A stretch of DNA of 64,000 nt, from NCBI GenBank assembly GCA_965237675.1, contig OZ250150.1, forward strand, positions 1,376,001-1,440,000. Reading direction: 5' to 3'. A model generated the notes under the pieces. That model was not told the origin of the DNA. It saw only the letters and a program-made list of their open reading frames with translations, and ran no database searches. Positions 49,242-60,306 of the stretch are shown in pieces (position 1 is the first letter of the stretch; each line of letters begins with the position of its first letter). Source of the DNA: Candidatus Latescibacterota bacterium. GTDB taxonomy: Bacteria; Latescibacterota; UBA2968; GCA-2709665. A program made the translations under genes and the position numbers.

Positions 49242-50027
49242 ATGACGGATGACGAGAAGTATCTTTTCGATTTGACCGGGTACCTGGTGCTGAGGGATGT
49301 CCTGAAGCCGGAGGAAGTCGAGCGCTGCAATGCGGCCATCGACAGACACATCGATCAGCTCAAGGAGAGGGAGGGGTCGCTCACGGTGGGCGCGCCGGCG
49401 CTTGGGGGTACGTCGAACAGGAAGGATCTGGGCGGAATGCTGGCATGGGAGCGACCGTGGTGTGAACCCTTCAGGGCGATGCTCGTGCATCCCCGTGTGA
49501 TGCCTTGTCTGCACGTGATTCTGGGCAAAGGATATCGGCTGGATCACGGGCCCGGTCTGATTGCCATGGACAAGGGCTGCGAAGGGGGCACGTTGCACGG
49601 GGGCGGTGTGGAACGTCCGGATCTTTCAGAGGCGTATTTCTTCAAGAACGGACGTATCTATTGCGGATTGACCGTCGTGGAATATCTATTGGCGGACGAG
49701 GGGCCGGGAGACGGGGGCGTGGCCGTGGTTCCTGGCAGTCATAAGGCGAATCTGGCGTGTCCGCGCGAGATGAACCGGGGCGAGAAGTACGGCGAGCATG
49801 TGGTGGAGGTGAACGGACGGGCCGGAGACGCGGTGATCTTTACCGAGACTCTGACACACGGGACGTTGCCGTGGGAGGCCGAACACCAGCGGCGGGCGCT
49901 GTTGTACAAGTTCAGTCCCTCATTCCAGGCCTACGGGGTGGGCGCGCATACGGTGACGTATCCGGACTACATCATGGACATGACGGATGCGGAGCGGGCG
50001 GTGATGGCGCAGGCGCACATGCGGTAA
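49242..50027 (+). CDS. PhyH family dioxygenase
   Basis: YLFDLTGYLVL, LHGG, VPGSHK, LTHG. Confidence 0.88.
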   Translation: MTDDEKYLFDLTGYLVLRDVLKPEEVERCNAAIDRHIDQLKEREGSLTVGAPALGGTSNRKDLGGMLAWERPWCEPFRAMLVHPRVMPCLHVILGKGYRLDHGPGLIAMDKGCEGGTLHGGGVERPDLSEAYFFKNGRIYCGLTVVEYLLADEGPGDGGVAVVPGSHKANLACPREMNRGEKYGEHVVEVNGRAGDAVIFTETLTHGTLPWEAEHQRRALLYKFSPSFQAYGVGAHTVTYPDYIMDMTDAERAVMAQAHMR

Positions 50028-50149
50028 AACTGTTGTGTGCAAGCGAAACATCGAAACAAAGGCTTGAAAGGGTGGAGCGGACATTCTTGTCTGCTCATAG
50101 ACATCAATTCGGAACCTCGGAATCCTGTGTCCGGGAACGCGGGTGGACC

Positions 50150-51004
50150 ATGATTGAAGCCGAGGGTTTGACCTACGCCTATCCGGGCGCGGAAGATCCG
50201 GCGGTGCGGTCGGTTGACTTCAAGGTTGGGAAGGGGGAGATCTTTGGTTTTCTCGGGCCCAACGGCGCGGGAAAGAGTACAGCCCAGAAAGTGCTCATCG
50301 GATTGCTGCGGGAATATACCGGCCGGGTTCTGGTTTTCGAGCGGGATCTCAGGACATGGGACAACAGCTATTACGAGAGGATTGGGGTTTCCTTTGAGTC
50401 TCCCAACCACTATTTGAAGTTAACGGCGCTTGAGAATCTCCGGTATTTCCGAACGCTCTATGACGGAGAGACGGAAGCGCCACGGCGTCTGCTGGAACTG
50501 GTGGGGCTTCATAAGGACGGTGACAAATACGTCGGTGAGTTCTCCAGGGGTATGCGCGCAAGGTTGAATTTCGCGCGGGCGCTTTTGAACAAACCGGAAC
50601 TGCTTTTTCTGGATGAGCCCACGGCGGGTCTGGACCCTGTGAGCAGCCGCCGGATCCGGGATCTGATCCGGGAGCGGCGCGAGACCGGTGCCACGGTCTT
50701 CCTGACAACCCACAATATGGCCGTGGCCGATGAACTCTGCGATCGCGTGGCTTTTATCGTGGATGGCGGCATTCGGCTTGTGGATGCGCCGCGGGCGTTG
50801 AAGTTGCGTTACGGCCGGCGAACGCTGCGCGTCGAGTTCGTTGCGGATGGCAGCCTCAACCAGAAGGATTTTCCTCTGGACGGCCTGGCGGATCGCACGG
50901 AGTTCCTGGAAATCCTGCGCGCCGCGTCGATTCAGACGATGCAGACCCAGGAGACCACGCTGGAAGACATCTTTGTCCAGGTGACGGGGAGGGTGTTGAC
51001 ATGA
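50150..51004 (+). CDS. ABC-2 exporter ATPase
   Basis: GPNGAGKS, FSRGM, LDEPT, TTH. Confidence 0.9.
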   Translation: MIEAEGLTYAYPGAEDPAVRSVDFKVGKGEIFGFLGPNGAGKSTAQKVLIGLLREYTGRVLVFERDLRTWDNSYYERIGVSFESPNHYLKLTALENLRYFRTLYDGETEAPRRLLELVGLHKDGDKYVGEFSRGMRARLNFARALLNKPELLFLDEPTAGLDPVSSRRIRDLIRERRETGATVFLTTHNMAVADELCDRVAFIVDGGIRLVDAPRALKLRYGRRTLRVEFVADGSLNQKDFPLDGLADRTEFLEILRAASIQTMQTQETTLEDIFVQVTGRVLT

Positions 51005-51711
51005 AACGCCTGTTGTCGGTTCTCCGTTGGGACGTGACGCTGCAGTACAGGTACAAATTCCTCTCGGTAGGCGTTGGCATGGTGTTGTTCTGGGGAGCGC
51101 TGTTCAGCCTGATACCCGGTATCGGGCGCGTGGACGCCGGCGTCGTGGTGCCGGCTTTTTTCGTCATCAATCTGTACGTGACCACGTTCTATTTCATCAG
51201 CGGCCTTGTGTTGCTCGAGAAAAGCGAAGGGATCCTCACGAGGTTGGCGACGACGCCGCTCCGAGACGTGGAATACCTGCTCTCGAAGGTGGTGTCACTG
51301 ACACTGCTCGCCCTGGTCGAGAGCCTGTTGATCGTCCTCGCGGTTCTCGGAGCAGGAGGGGAGTGGGTGCCGCTGCTGTCGGGCGCGTTCCTGTTGGGAG
51401 CGCTCTTCGCGCTGGCTGGATTTATCGTGGTTGTTCGGTACGACTCGATCAATTCATTCCTGATTCCGTCCGTCCTCTATGTGACGGCGCTGCTGCTTCC
51501 TTTGCTGCCTCACTTCGGGCTCGCAGACAGAACGATTTTCTACCTTCATCCTGCGGAGCCGGCCCTGGCGTTGATGCGCGCGGCATATATGCCGAAGGGT
51601 GTCTGGGAAATGGTTTACGCGGTGGCGGCCGCTCTCGGATGGGTCGGTATCGGTTTTATTGTAGCACGGCGGCGGTTCTACAGATTCGTTGTCCGCGAAG
51701 CGGGCACATAG
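51001..51711 (+). CDS. ABC-2 exporter permease
   Basis: Multiple TM segments; LEKSEG...TPL motif. Confidence 0.8.
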   Translation: MKRLLSVLRWDVTLQYRYKFLSVGVGMVLFWGALFSLIPGIGRVDAGVVVPAFFVINLYVTTFYFISGLVLLEKSEGILTRLATTPLRDVEYLLSKVVSLTLLALVESLLIVLAVLGAGGEWVPLLSGAFLLGALFALAGFIVVVRYDSINSFLIPSVLYVTALLLPLLPHFGLADRTIFYLHPAEPALALMRAAYMPKGVWEMVYAVAAALGWVGIGFIVARRRFYRFVVREAGT

Positions 51712-51726
51712 CCGGAGCCTCGATTC

Positions 51727-52461
51727 TTGCAGATCTTGGCAGTCTATCGATCCCTCGGGTGGGTGGATTTCAAGAACGTGAAGCGCGACAGGTTATTGGC
51801 CTGGATGGTGGCCATGCCGCTGATGATCGCGGCCCTGTATCGTTTCGGCCTGCCGCCGCTGGCCGATTGGCTGCTCGATGGCTACGGGTTTGATCTGAGG
51901 CGTTATTATCCACTGCTGATGAGCTTTTACGTGATGACGGCGCCGGGCATGATCGGCACGGTGATCGGTTTTCTGCTTCTGGACGAACGGGATGATCGGA
52001 TGTTGACGGCGCTGCTGGTAACGCCGTTGTCGTCGGCGAGATACCTTGGCTATCGGATAACGATACCCATGGTGTTCGGGTTCATCCTTACGATTCTCGG
52101 TTACCGGCTCACCGGCCTGACGCACGTTCCCTTGCCGGACCTGATGGCGGTGGCGCTCCTGGCTTCCTTCAACGGGCCGATCACGGCCCTCGCGTTGGCG
52201 GGATTCACGGCGAACAAGGTAACCGGGTTTGCCTTCGTAAAGCTCCTGAACGTGATCAACATGATTCCGGTGGTCGCTTTTTTCGTTTCGTCAGACTGGC
52301 AGGTCGTCGCCGGGTTGGTGCCCACGTTCTGGCCGATGAAGATGCTCTGGCTGGTTGCATCCAACGAAGGGTACGTATTGTACGGACTCGGGGGACTGGC
52401 GGTAAACGCCCTGGCGGTGCTGCTGCTGCTGAAGCGGTTTCATGCGGTCATGCACCGGTGA
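51727..52461 (+). CDS. ABC-2 exporter permease
   Basis: Multiple TM segments; LDERDD...VTPL motif. Confidence 0.8.
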   Translation: MQILAVYRSLGWVDFKNVKRDRLLAWMVAMPLMIAALYRFGLPPLADWLLDGYGFDLRRYYPLLMSFYVMTAPGMIGTVIGFLLLDERDDRMLTALLVTPLSSARYLGYRITIPMVFGFILTILGYRLTGLTHVPLPDLMAVALLASFNGPITALALAGFTANKVTGFAFVKLLNVINMIPVVAFFVSSDWQVVAGLVPTFWPMKMLWLVASNEGYVLYGLGGLAVNALAVLLLLKRFHAVMHR

Positions 52462-52522
52462 GGGACGGCCGGTTCCGGAAGGGATACTGGAAAACGGGCA
52501 TGTTGCGAAGGGGATACCAAGA

Positions 52523-53746
52523 ATGACCTATGACCTGGTGCTGAAGGGGGGCACCGTGATCGACGGCGCGCAGGGATTGAACGGGATATATGACGTCGCG
52601 GTTCACGGAGAGACGATTGCCGCCGTGGAGAAGGAGATTGTCGAGCCTGCGAACGAGACGGTGGACCTTTCCGGCAGATTTCTCACGCCTGGCTGGGTCG
52701 ATATTCACACACACATCTATGCCGGGGCTACCACGTGGGGGATTCAGGCGGATGCGCTCTGCCTCGCAACGGGGGTGACTACCGTTGTGGACGCGGGCAG
52801 TCCGGGATGGGCGAACTTCATGGGGTTCCGGGACTACGTGGCGGCGCCGGCGCGGACGCAGGTGTTGACGTTTGTGCATATCAGCGGCATCGGGTTGACC
52901 TATGGGCCCGTGGGCGAGATGCATGATTTGCGTTATGCGGATCCGGAGCGGACCGCGTTCGTGATTGGCCGGTGGCCTGAACTCTGTGTGGGCGTGAAAG
53001 TGCGCGAGGGCAGACACCAGGTCGGCGACAACGGGGTGGCGCCCCTGAAATTGGCCGTGAGGGCCGCCGAGCTTTCGAATTCGAGGGTGATGGTACACGC
53101 AGGTGCCGGCGTTCCTCTGCCGGACGTACTGGGGGAAGTTCGACCGGGCGATATCGTCACACACTGTTATCACGGCGGCGGCGATACGATCCTTGGTGGC
53201 GAGGACATAGTTATTCCGGAGGTCTGGGCGGCACGGGAGCGGGGTGTCTTGTTCGACCTGGGCCACGGAGGGGGCAGTTTCTTGTTTGAAATTGCCAGAA
53301 AAGCCCTGGCTCAGGGGTTCCCCTCGGATGTGATCAGCACCGATCTGCATGTTCACTCTTTAAACGACCCGGTCTACAGTTTGCCCGAGACGGCCTCCAA
53401 GCTACTGAACCTGGGGATGGAGTTGCCGGAAGTCGTCTACCAGACGACAGCTGCACCCGCCGCGGCGATTGGACGGGACGATGAACTGGGAACGTTAAAG
53501 GTCGGGACAGTGGCGGACCTGGCGGCATTCGAAGTACAGGAGGGTGCGTTCGAGTTCCGGGACGTGGGTGACAACCTGGAGGTGGGCTCGCGGTTGATAG
53601 AGCCCGTACTGACCGTTCGCAAGGGGAAGGTGTACAGGCCGGCGGACCTGAAAGAGGAAGTCGCGGAGACATTCCTCAGGGCGCGCGAGATGAATGCGCT
53701 GGTGAGGGGCAATCTCCACAAGCTAAGCCCAGGTCCGAAGAGGTAG
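52523..53746 (+). CDS. Amidohydrolase/deacetylase family metallohydrolase (dihydroorotase-like)
   Basis: PGWVDIHTH, GVTTVVDAGS, DLGHGGGSF, ISTD. Confidence 0.88.
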   Translation: MTYDLVLKGGTVIDGAQGLNGIYDVAVHGETIAAVEKEIVEPANETVDLSGRFLTPGWVDIHTHIYAGATTWGIQADALCLATGVTTVVDAGSPGWANFMGFRDYVAAPARTQVLTFVHISGIGLTYGPVGEMHDLRYADPERTAFVIGRWPELCVGVKVREGRHQVGDNGVAPLKLAVRAAELSNSRVMVHAGAGVPLPDVLGEVRPGDIVTHCYHGGGDTILGGEDIVIPEVWAARERGVLFDLGHGGGSFLFEIARKALAQGFPSDVISTDLHVHSLNDPVYSLPETASKLLNLGMELPEVVYQTTAAPAAAIGRDDELGTLKVGTVADLAAFEVQEGAFEFRDVGDNLEVGSRLIEPVLTVRKGKVYRPADLKEEVAETFLRAREMNALVRGNLHKLSPGPKR

Positions 53747-53795
53747 ATCAATACGGATGGGCGCCGATGTTGGAGATTCAGGAAGGACGCGTTTC

Positions 53796-55385
53796 ATGTC
53801 AATGACCGGTGCGGAGGTGCTCGTTGACGGGCTGATATCGGCCGGGGTGAAGCATCTGTTTTCGCTGTCGGGCAATCAGATCCTCTCGGTCTACGATGCG
53901 ACGATCGGGCGGGAAATCGGGTTGATCCACACCCGCCACGAAGCGGCGGCCGTCCATATGGCGGACGGGTGGGGGCGGTTGACGGAGGAACCCGGCGTAG
54001 CGCTGCTGACAGCCGGGCCCGGTCATTGTAATGGGCTGGGGGCGCTTTACGTGGCGTTGATGGCGGAGTCTCCGCTGTTGATGCTGAGCGGCCATTGCCC
54101 GGAGGCGCAGATCGGGAAAGGCGCGTTTCAGGAAATGGATCAGGTGGCCGCGGCCCGACCAGTGGCCAAGGCATCCTGGCGGGTGGCGAGATGCGAAGAT
54201 CTGGAAAATGACCTGTCCAGGGCGCTGGAACTGGCGGTATCCGGGCGGCCCGGGCCGGTGCACTTGAGTCTGCCGGCCGATGTGCTGGAGGCATCCGCAC
54301 CGTGCTTGCGTGGTGTTCGTTCCAAACCTAAGGGCGACGTGGTGGACGGTGATCCGGACGCAGTGCTGACTTTGTTGAGTGAGGCGGAGCGGCCGCTGAT
54401 CCTGGCGGGACCCGCGATGGGGCGGGCCGGGCGGTGGATAGCCGTGGAGAAGCTGGTGGAGGCAACCGGGATTCCGGCACTGCCGATGGAAAGCCCGCGC
54501 GGCGTGAACGATCCGTGGCTTCGGGGGGCCACGGCATGTCTGGCCAGGGCCGACGTGGTGCTGCTTCTGGGGAAGAAACTGGATTTTTCGCTGCGATTTG
54601 GTCAGCCGCCGTTTTTCTCTGAGGAGCGACGGTTTATCCAGATCGACGCGGACCAGGGTGAGTTGCGGGCCGACGCCAGCGTGGCGCTGCGGCTGTGTGC
54701 GGATCCGTTGAAAGCGGCGCGGCGGCTTGCGGACAAAGCCCGGTCACGGTCCTGGCATTACGGGACGTGGCGGTCGGAGGTGGCAAGGTTGCGGGGCGCC
54801 ACGCCTCCGGACTGGGACGCGATGCGGCGCGGAACCGGTGCCCCCGTGCATCCTCTGGGGGTGTGCGAGGCGGTGCAGCCATTTCTGGACGCGGGTGGGA
54901 TTTTTGTGAGCGATGGAGGGGAGTTCGGGCAGTGGGCGCAGGCGGGATTGACGGCGGATACCAGGTTGATCAACGGGCCATCGGGCGCAATCGGGAGCGC
55001 GCTGCCGATGGGTCTGGCGGCAAAGCTGGCGCATCCGGGAAGGGCGGTATTCGTGTTGCTGGGGGATGGGACGTTTGGTTATCATGCCCTGGAATTGGAT
55101 ACGGCGCTGCGCTATGGGCTGCCTGTCGTCGCAATCGTCGGCAACGATGCCAGGTGGAATGCGGAGCATCAACTCCAGGTCACAACCTACGGGCCGGATC
55201 GGATCGTCGGGTGCGATCTGCAGGAGACAAGATACGATCGGGTGGCTGAGGCTCTGGGCGGGTACGGCGCATTTGTGGACCGGTCGGAGGATCTTCCCGC
55301 CGCGCTGAACGATGCGGTGGCGTCCGGCCTTCCCGCGTGCGTAAACGTGGCGATTGAAGCGGCGGCGGCGCCCATGTTTCGATGA
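53796..55385 (+). CDS. Thiamine-diphosphate-binding enzyme (acetolactate synthase-like)
   Basis: RHEAAAVHMADG, GRPGPVHL, GDGTFG...GNDARW. Confidence 0.9.
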   Translation: MSMTGAEVLVDGLISAGVKHLFSLSGNQILSVYDATIGREIGLIHTRHEAAAVHMADGWGRLTEEPGVALLTAGPGHCNGLGALYVALMAESPLLMLSGHCPEAQIGKGAFQEMDQVAAARPVAKASWRVARCEDLENDLSRALELAVSGRPGPVHLSLPADVLEASAPCLRGVRSKPKGDVVDGDPDAVLTLLSEAERPLILAGPAMGRAGRWIAVEKLVEATGIPALPMESPRGVNDPWLRGATACLARADVVLLLGKKLDFSLRFGQPPFFSEERRFIQIDADQGELRADASVALRLCADPLKAARRLADKARSRSWHYGTWRSEVARLRGATPPDWDAMRRGTGAPVHPLGVCEAVQPFLDAGGIFVSDGGEFGQWAQAGLTADTRLINGPSGAIGSALPMGLAAKLAHPGRAVFVLLGDGTFGYHALELDTALRYGLPVVAIVGNDARWNAEHQLQVTTYGPDRIVGCDLQETRYDRVAEALGGYGAFVDRSEDLPAALNDAVASGLPACVNVAIEAAAAPMFR

Positions 55386-55439
55386 TAAAACATCCTGTGA
55401 CCTGAGTTCGACGAAGGGTAACGGAATAGGGGACGTTAG

Positions 55440-55530
55440 CAGTCCGTTGATAAAGTCGCTCTGCAGGCGAGGCCGAGTCATTCGGCCACAAGGGCCGGAC
55501 GTAGCCCGGATGGACTTTTTCAACGGGCTG
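55440..55530. mobile_element. 91-bp MITE with TTAG target duplication
   Basis: TIRs CAGTCCGTTGATAAAGTC / GACTTTTTCAACGGGCTG (16/18 match); TTAG at 55436 and 55531. Confidence 0.8.
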
Positions 55531-55583
55531 TTAGGGCGGAGGTGGAATTTCAACCTCGAAAGGACAGTTGAGTTGGGGGAATT

Positions 55584-56807
55584 GTGCGCGCAGAGATCGT
55601 CATGATTGGTACCGAGCTTCTGCTTGGAGAGATCGTGGATACCAATGCGAATCTGCTGGCCGTGGCGTTGCGGAATATTGGCCTGGATCTCTACTACAAG
55701 ACCACCGTGGGGGACAACGAGGAACGAATTACACAGGTGCTTAACCTTGCGTTGGATCGGTCTGACGTAGTGATTACGTCTGGGGGCATCGGGCCGACGG
55801 TGGATGACGTGACCCGGCAGGCGATTGCCCGGGCAACGGGGCGGAAGCTGGTATACAGCAAGGAACTGGAAGGGCAGATTGCGGCGCGCTTCCGCGGCTT
55901 CGGACGGAAAATGGCCGCGAATAACAAGCGGCAGGCGTATCTTCCTGAGGGAGCGCTGCCGCTGGAGAATCCCGTCGGAACGGCGCCGTGTTTTCTGAGC
56001 GAAGACACGAAGGGGCGGGGGTTCATTGTCTGCCTGCCCGGTGTTCCCCGGGAGTTGGCGCATATGATGGAGCATACCGTCCTCCCGATACTCGCGGAAA
56101 GGATGGGCGGGGTGAAGGTCATCCGGGTGCGGGTACTTCGTACCTGCGCGGTAGGGGAGAGCAATATCGACCGGGGGATCGGGGACCTGATGGCGTCGTC
56201 GAACCCGACGGTAGGTCTGGCAGCGCATGCGGGGCAGACGGACGTTCGCGTGACAGCCAGAGCCGAATCGGAGGCGGAAGCGGATGCGCTGATTGCCGGT
56301 ATGGAACTCGAACTCCGGAATCGGTTGGGTGTGGCGGTCTATGGTGAGGAGAAAGAAACGGTGGCCGAGGTTGTGGGCAGGCTGCTGGCGCAACGGGATC
56401 TGAAGCTTGGGGTGGTGGATACACTTACCGGGGGACAAATCTGCCGGGAGTTGAATGAAGCTGGATTCGGAAGCGTGGTTTTGGCGGACCTTAATGGGCG
56501 CGACGCCGAGCAGGCGCTGGCGGCCGCGCGCACCGACTTGTCACAAGGGATCGACGACCCGACGCTGGCGGGACTGCTGGCGGCGAGAGTCGCGCCTGAA
56601 GGCGGCGTTGGGCTGGCGATGATCGGACCTTGTAACGGGAAATCTACGGTAATTGCGATCCACGGGCCTGGAGATCTGCGGACGAACGAGGCGGGGCGGC
56701 GCTTTGAGGATACAGACCTTATGCGGCGGTGGCTGGTGATTCAGGGCTTGGACCGTGTGCGGCGGGCGCTGCTGGGTGAGATGCATTCGCCGGTGGATTG
56801 GAATTAG
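55584..56807 (+). CDS. cinA: CinA-like competence/damage-inducible protein
   Basis: IGTELLLGEIVDTN, GGIGPTVDDVT, NPVGTAP, LPGVPRE; C-terminal PncC-like part divergent. Confidence 0.88.
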   Translation: MRAEIVMIGTELLLGEIVDTNANLLAVALRNIGLDLYYKTTVGDNEERITQVLNLALDRSDVVITSGGIGPTVDDVTRQAIARATGRKLVYSKELEGQIAARFRGFGRKMAANNKRQAYLPEGALPLENPVGTAPCFLSEDTKGRGFIVCLPGVPRELAHMMEHTVLPILAERMGGVKVIRVRVLRTCAVGESNIDRGIGDLMASSNPTVGLAAHAGQTDVRVTARAESEAEADALIAGMELELRNRLGVAVYGEEKETVAEVVGRLLAQRDLKLGVVDTLTGGQICRELNEAGFGSVVLADLNGRDAEQALAAARTDLSQGIDDPTLAGLLAARVAPEGGVGLAMIGPCNGKSTVIAIHGPGDLRTNEAGRRFEDTDLMRRWLVIQGLDRVRRALLGEMHSPVDWN

Positions 56808-57030
56808 CCGGCAAGTCGGCGGGACGCCGCAATACATGGTCGTCTTGCGAGATCGACACTCACGGTAGTGATTTGGGCGACCGGATGTGAGTTTGGGAAG
56901 GACCCCGTCTGTGTGATAGATGGCCGGATGTCCGTGGCCGCCGCGGGGGACTTGACCGCCGATCCGCCACAAGTTAAGGCATCGGCGTGTATCATAATGA
57001 GCCATCAGCGGCGTATCAGGAGGATGATCC

Positions 57031-58413
57031 ATGGCTGGCACCAGAGACATACGCTCCAGGCTTGAGCTATTCGTCGACGACTGGCTGATCGACACGATGA
57101 CGGACACAAGCCTCAAGCTCCATCCTCCGGTGCCGGCTGAGGTCGTCCTCGATTTCGACCAACCCTGGGAAGGGGAGACGTCGTGGGTCGCCAACGTCAT
57201 CCTCGACGACGGGCGCTACCGCCTCTGGTACCGCGCCACCGGCCCTGAGGGAACGAACCGGACGACCTGTTACGCCGAAAGCCCCGACGGCATCCACTTC
57301 GAGCGTCCAACCCTCGGGCTGCACGAGTTCGAGGGCTCGAAGGAGAACAACATCGTCATGGGGGCCGCGCACTGGAACGCCTGCGTCTTCAAGGATCCCA
57401 ATCCGGCCGCGCCAGACTCACAGCGGTACAAGGGCTTCCTGAGGGGCGAAAAGCTGGACAAGCGCGCCACGATTTACGGCTATGGTTCGCCCGACGGCAT
57501 CCATTGGGAGCTGATCCAGGACGGGCCGATCCTACATGCGCCACCCGACGACCACCCCAGCTTCGACTCACCCAACGTGGCCTTCTGGGACGTCAATATT
57601 CGCAAGTACGTCAGCTACTTGAGGGGTTTCACGCCCGATTGCGATCGTAGCGGAGCCCCCGCTCAGGGTGGCGTATACCGGTCGATTCGGAGGGCCGAGT
57701 CGGACGACTTCCTGGACTGGACCGTGCCGGAGCTGATCGACATGGGCGGAAGGCAGAAGGAGCACCTGTACACCAACGCAGCGACCCTATACTTCCGCGC
57801 TCCCCACGTCTACCTGATGTTCCCCAAGCGGCTTAGGCTTGGCCGGAAGTTCCACAAGGACTGGGTGTCCGACGGCCTGTCCGAGGGGGTCTTGATGACC
57901 AGCCGGGACGGCGTCCGGTGGGACCGCCGGTTTATGGGTCCGTTCATCCGTCCAGGCCTTGACTCAAGGAACTGGAATGAGCGGAATATGGCCGCCGGCG
58001 TCGGCGTTGTGCCCACCGGGGCCGAGGAGATCTCGATCTACTACGTAGAGAACTACCGGAACCCGACGTGCCGGCTCCGTCGAGGCGTCCTTCGGACCGA
58101 CGGTTTCGTCTCCGTCAACGCACCCTTCGGCGGCGGCGAGTTCGTAACCAAGCCCTTCACCTTCGCTGGCAGTGAGCTGGTCATCAACTACTCGACCTCG
58201 GTGGCCGGCGAAATCCGGTTCGAGATGCAGGACGAGCAGGGCAGCCCCATCGAGGGCCACACGCTCTCCGAAAGCGCCGAGATCTTTGGAGACGAGATTG
58301 CGCGGGCGGTCAGCTGGGACAGCGGCTCCGACGTGTCTGCGCTGGCCGGAAGGCCGGTGCGTCTTCGCGTGGCGATGAAGGAGGCCGACCTCTACGCCAT
58401 ACGCTTCCGGTAG
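57031..58413 (+). CDS. Hypothetical glycosidase-like beta-propeller protein
   Basis: ELFVDDWLI, YAESPDGIHF, SRDGVRW, RTDGFVS. Confidence 0.65.
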   Translation: MAGTRDIRSRLELFVDDWLIDTMTDTSLKLHPPVPAEVVLDFDQPWEGETSWVANVILDDGRYRLWYRATGPEGTNRTTCYAESPDGIHFERPTLGLHEFEGSKENNIVMGAAHWNACVFKDPNPAAPDSQRYKGFLRGEKLDKRATIYGYGSPDGIHWELIQDGPILHAPPDDHPSFDSPNVAFWDVNIRKYVSYLRGFTPDCDRSGAPAQGGVYRSIRRAESDDFLDWTVPELIDMGGRQKEHLYTNAATLYFRAPHVYLMFPKRLRLGRKFHKDWVSDGLSEGVLMTSRDGVRWDRRFMGPFIRPGLDSRNWNERNMAAGVGVVPTGAEEISIYYVENYRNPTCRLRRGVLRTDGFVSVNAPFGGGEFVTKPFTFAGSELVINYSTSVAGEIRFEMQDEQGSPIEGHTLSESAEIFGDEIARAVSWDSGSDVSALAGRPVRLRVAMKEADLYAIRFR

Positions 58414-58435
58414 CGGATGGTACTTGCGCCCCTAG

Positions 58436-60302
58436 TCTCTAATTAAGCGGGTTTTTTGAGATTTTTATGTACAAAAGTACCGGAAAGACTTATCTTTGTT
58501 GAAGATAGCAGTATCCGACGAGAAATTGCTACTCCAACGAAGGAGGCCTTTCCGGTGAAAAGAATATCGGTAAAAGAAAGCCGCAGGAACAGTGTTAATT
58601 GTGGGCGCAAGGTACGTGCTCGGCATCAGCTTGGCGGTCGTTTTTGTGCGCAAGGCAAGCCAATGTTTGGCAGCACCTATGTGCATTACGAGGTCAGCGC
58701 CCAGCCGGAAGGGATGAGTTACGGTGGCATAGCGGCCGTGCATCGTCTGGTGACGAAGTTGGGCTTGGTCGAAGGCATCGACGCGACGTTGAAGTTGCTG
58801 AAGGTGCATCTGCCGTATCATGAGTCGGATCACGTGTTGAACCTTGCCTACAACGTGATGTGCGGCGGCACGCGTCTGGAAGACATCGAGCGTTTGCGGC
58901 ATGACGGGGCCTACATGAATGCCTTGAGCGCGAAGCTGATCCCGGACCCGACGACTGCGGGCGACTTTACGCGTCGCTTCACGGAAGCGGACGTGATCGG
59001 GCTGATGGACTGCATTAACGCGGTACGGTCTAAGTTGTGGCGCACGCGGGCTGCCAGTTTGCTTTCTCCGGTGGCGTACATCGACGTGGATGGCACAAGC
59101 GCCCCAACGTATGGGGAGAAGAAGGGCGGCATGGACATCTCCTACAAGGGCGTGTGGGGGTATGCGCCCCTGATCGTATCGTTGGCCAATACCAAAGAGG
59201 TGCTGTATATCGTCAACCGTCCGGGCAACGCGTCTTCTCACCAGGGGGCCGCCCCCTGGATCGATGCGTCCATCCGGGTGGTGAAGCCCCACGCGGGGCG
59301 CGTGTGCCTACGCGGCGACACGGACTTTTCGCTTACGGCTCACCTCGATCGCTGGGCGAAGGACGTCGATTTCATCTTCGGGATGGACTGCAATGACGCC
59401 TTACGAACACGCGCCGAGGCCCTTGACGAAGCCAACTGGCAGCGCCTGCACCGACCTGTAGCACCCCAGAAAAGGCGGCGGCGCGACAATGAGAAGCAGC
59501 GTATCGTCAAGGCGCGGGGCTACCTCAAGCTGGCGCTGAACTTCGAAGACGTGGCTGAGTTTGACTATCAGCCCGGCAAGTGCGAACGGTCCTACCGCGT
59601 TGTGGCGCTGCGAAAAAACATCAGTAAGGCCAAAGGTGAGCAGACCCTCTTCGACGAAATCCGCTATTTCTTCTACATCACCACGCGCGACGACCTGACC
59701 CCCGCCGAGGTCGTCTTTGCTGCCAACAAACGATGCGACCAGGAAAACGTCATCGAACAGCTCAAGAACGGCGTCAATGCCCTGCGCGTGCCCTTGTATG
59801 ACTTGATCAGCAACTGGGCCTACATGGTCATCGCCGCGCTGGCCTGGAACATCAAGTCGTGGTTTGCCTTGATGATGCATCGAAAAAACCATCGCCGACA
59901 CTATATCCGTATGGACTTTCGGACCTTCCTCTCACACATCATCCTTTTTCCCTGTCGTGTCGTGAGACACGCACGAAGCACCACCGTGCGCATCATCGGC
60001 TATCAGCCGTCACTGAATAGACTCTTGAGCGCCTGGGCCACCATCGAACGCACCGGCTTCACCTGACACCGGTACGGACCGTGACCATAGACCACCAGAC
60101 CCACGACGCCTACCGCGACGCAACGGACAAATACGCCCACCCCACAAATAATGGGTCGCTTTACGACTCATACATACACGCAACAAACCGCAGAACGACC
60201 TCCCGTCGACCCCATTAGGCGGCACCGATACTTCTATCAACCAAACCGCAACACAAATTGGCCTTTCTGTTCAGCAAACAACAATACTCGCTTATTTAAG
60301 GC
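58436..60302 (+). mobile_element. IS1380-family insertion sequence
   Basis: Imperfect TIRs (14/20 match); CTAG at 58432-58435 and 60303-60306. Confidence 0.8.
58456..60066 (+). CDS. IS1380-family DDE transposase
   Basis: HLPYHESDH, IPDPTTAGDF, IDVDGT, LRGDTDF, RCDQENVIEQLK. Confidence 0.9.
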   Translation: MRFLCTKVPERLIFVEDSSIRREIATPTKEAFPVKRISVKESRRNSVNCGRKVRARHQLGGRFCAQGKPMFGSTYVHYEVSAQPEGMSYGGIAAVHRLVTKLGLVEGIDATLKLLKVHLPYHESDHVLNLAYNVMCGGTRLEDIERLRHDGAYMNALSAKLIPDPTTAGDFTRRFTEADVIGLMDCINAVRSKLWRTRAASLLSPVAYIDVDGTSAPTYGEKKGGMDISYKGVWGYAPLIVSLANTKEVLYIVNRPGNASSHQGAAPWIDASIRVVKPHAGRVCLRGDTDFSLTAHLDRWAKDVDFIFGMDCNDALRTRAEALDEANWQRLHRPVAPQKRRRRDNEKQRIVKARGYLKLALNFEDVAEFDYQPGKCERSYRVVALRKNISKAKGEQTLFDEIRYFFYITTRDDLTPAEVVFAANKRCDQENVIEQLKNGVNALRVPLYDLISNWAYMVIAALAWNIKSWFALMMHRKNHRRHYIRMDFRTFLSHIILFPCRVVRHARSTTVRIIGYQPSLNRLLSAWATIERTGFT

Positions 60303-60306
60303 CTAG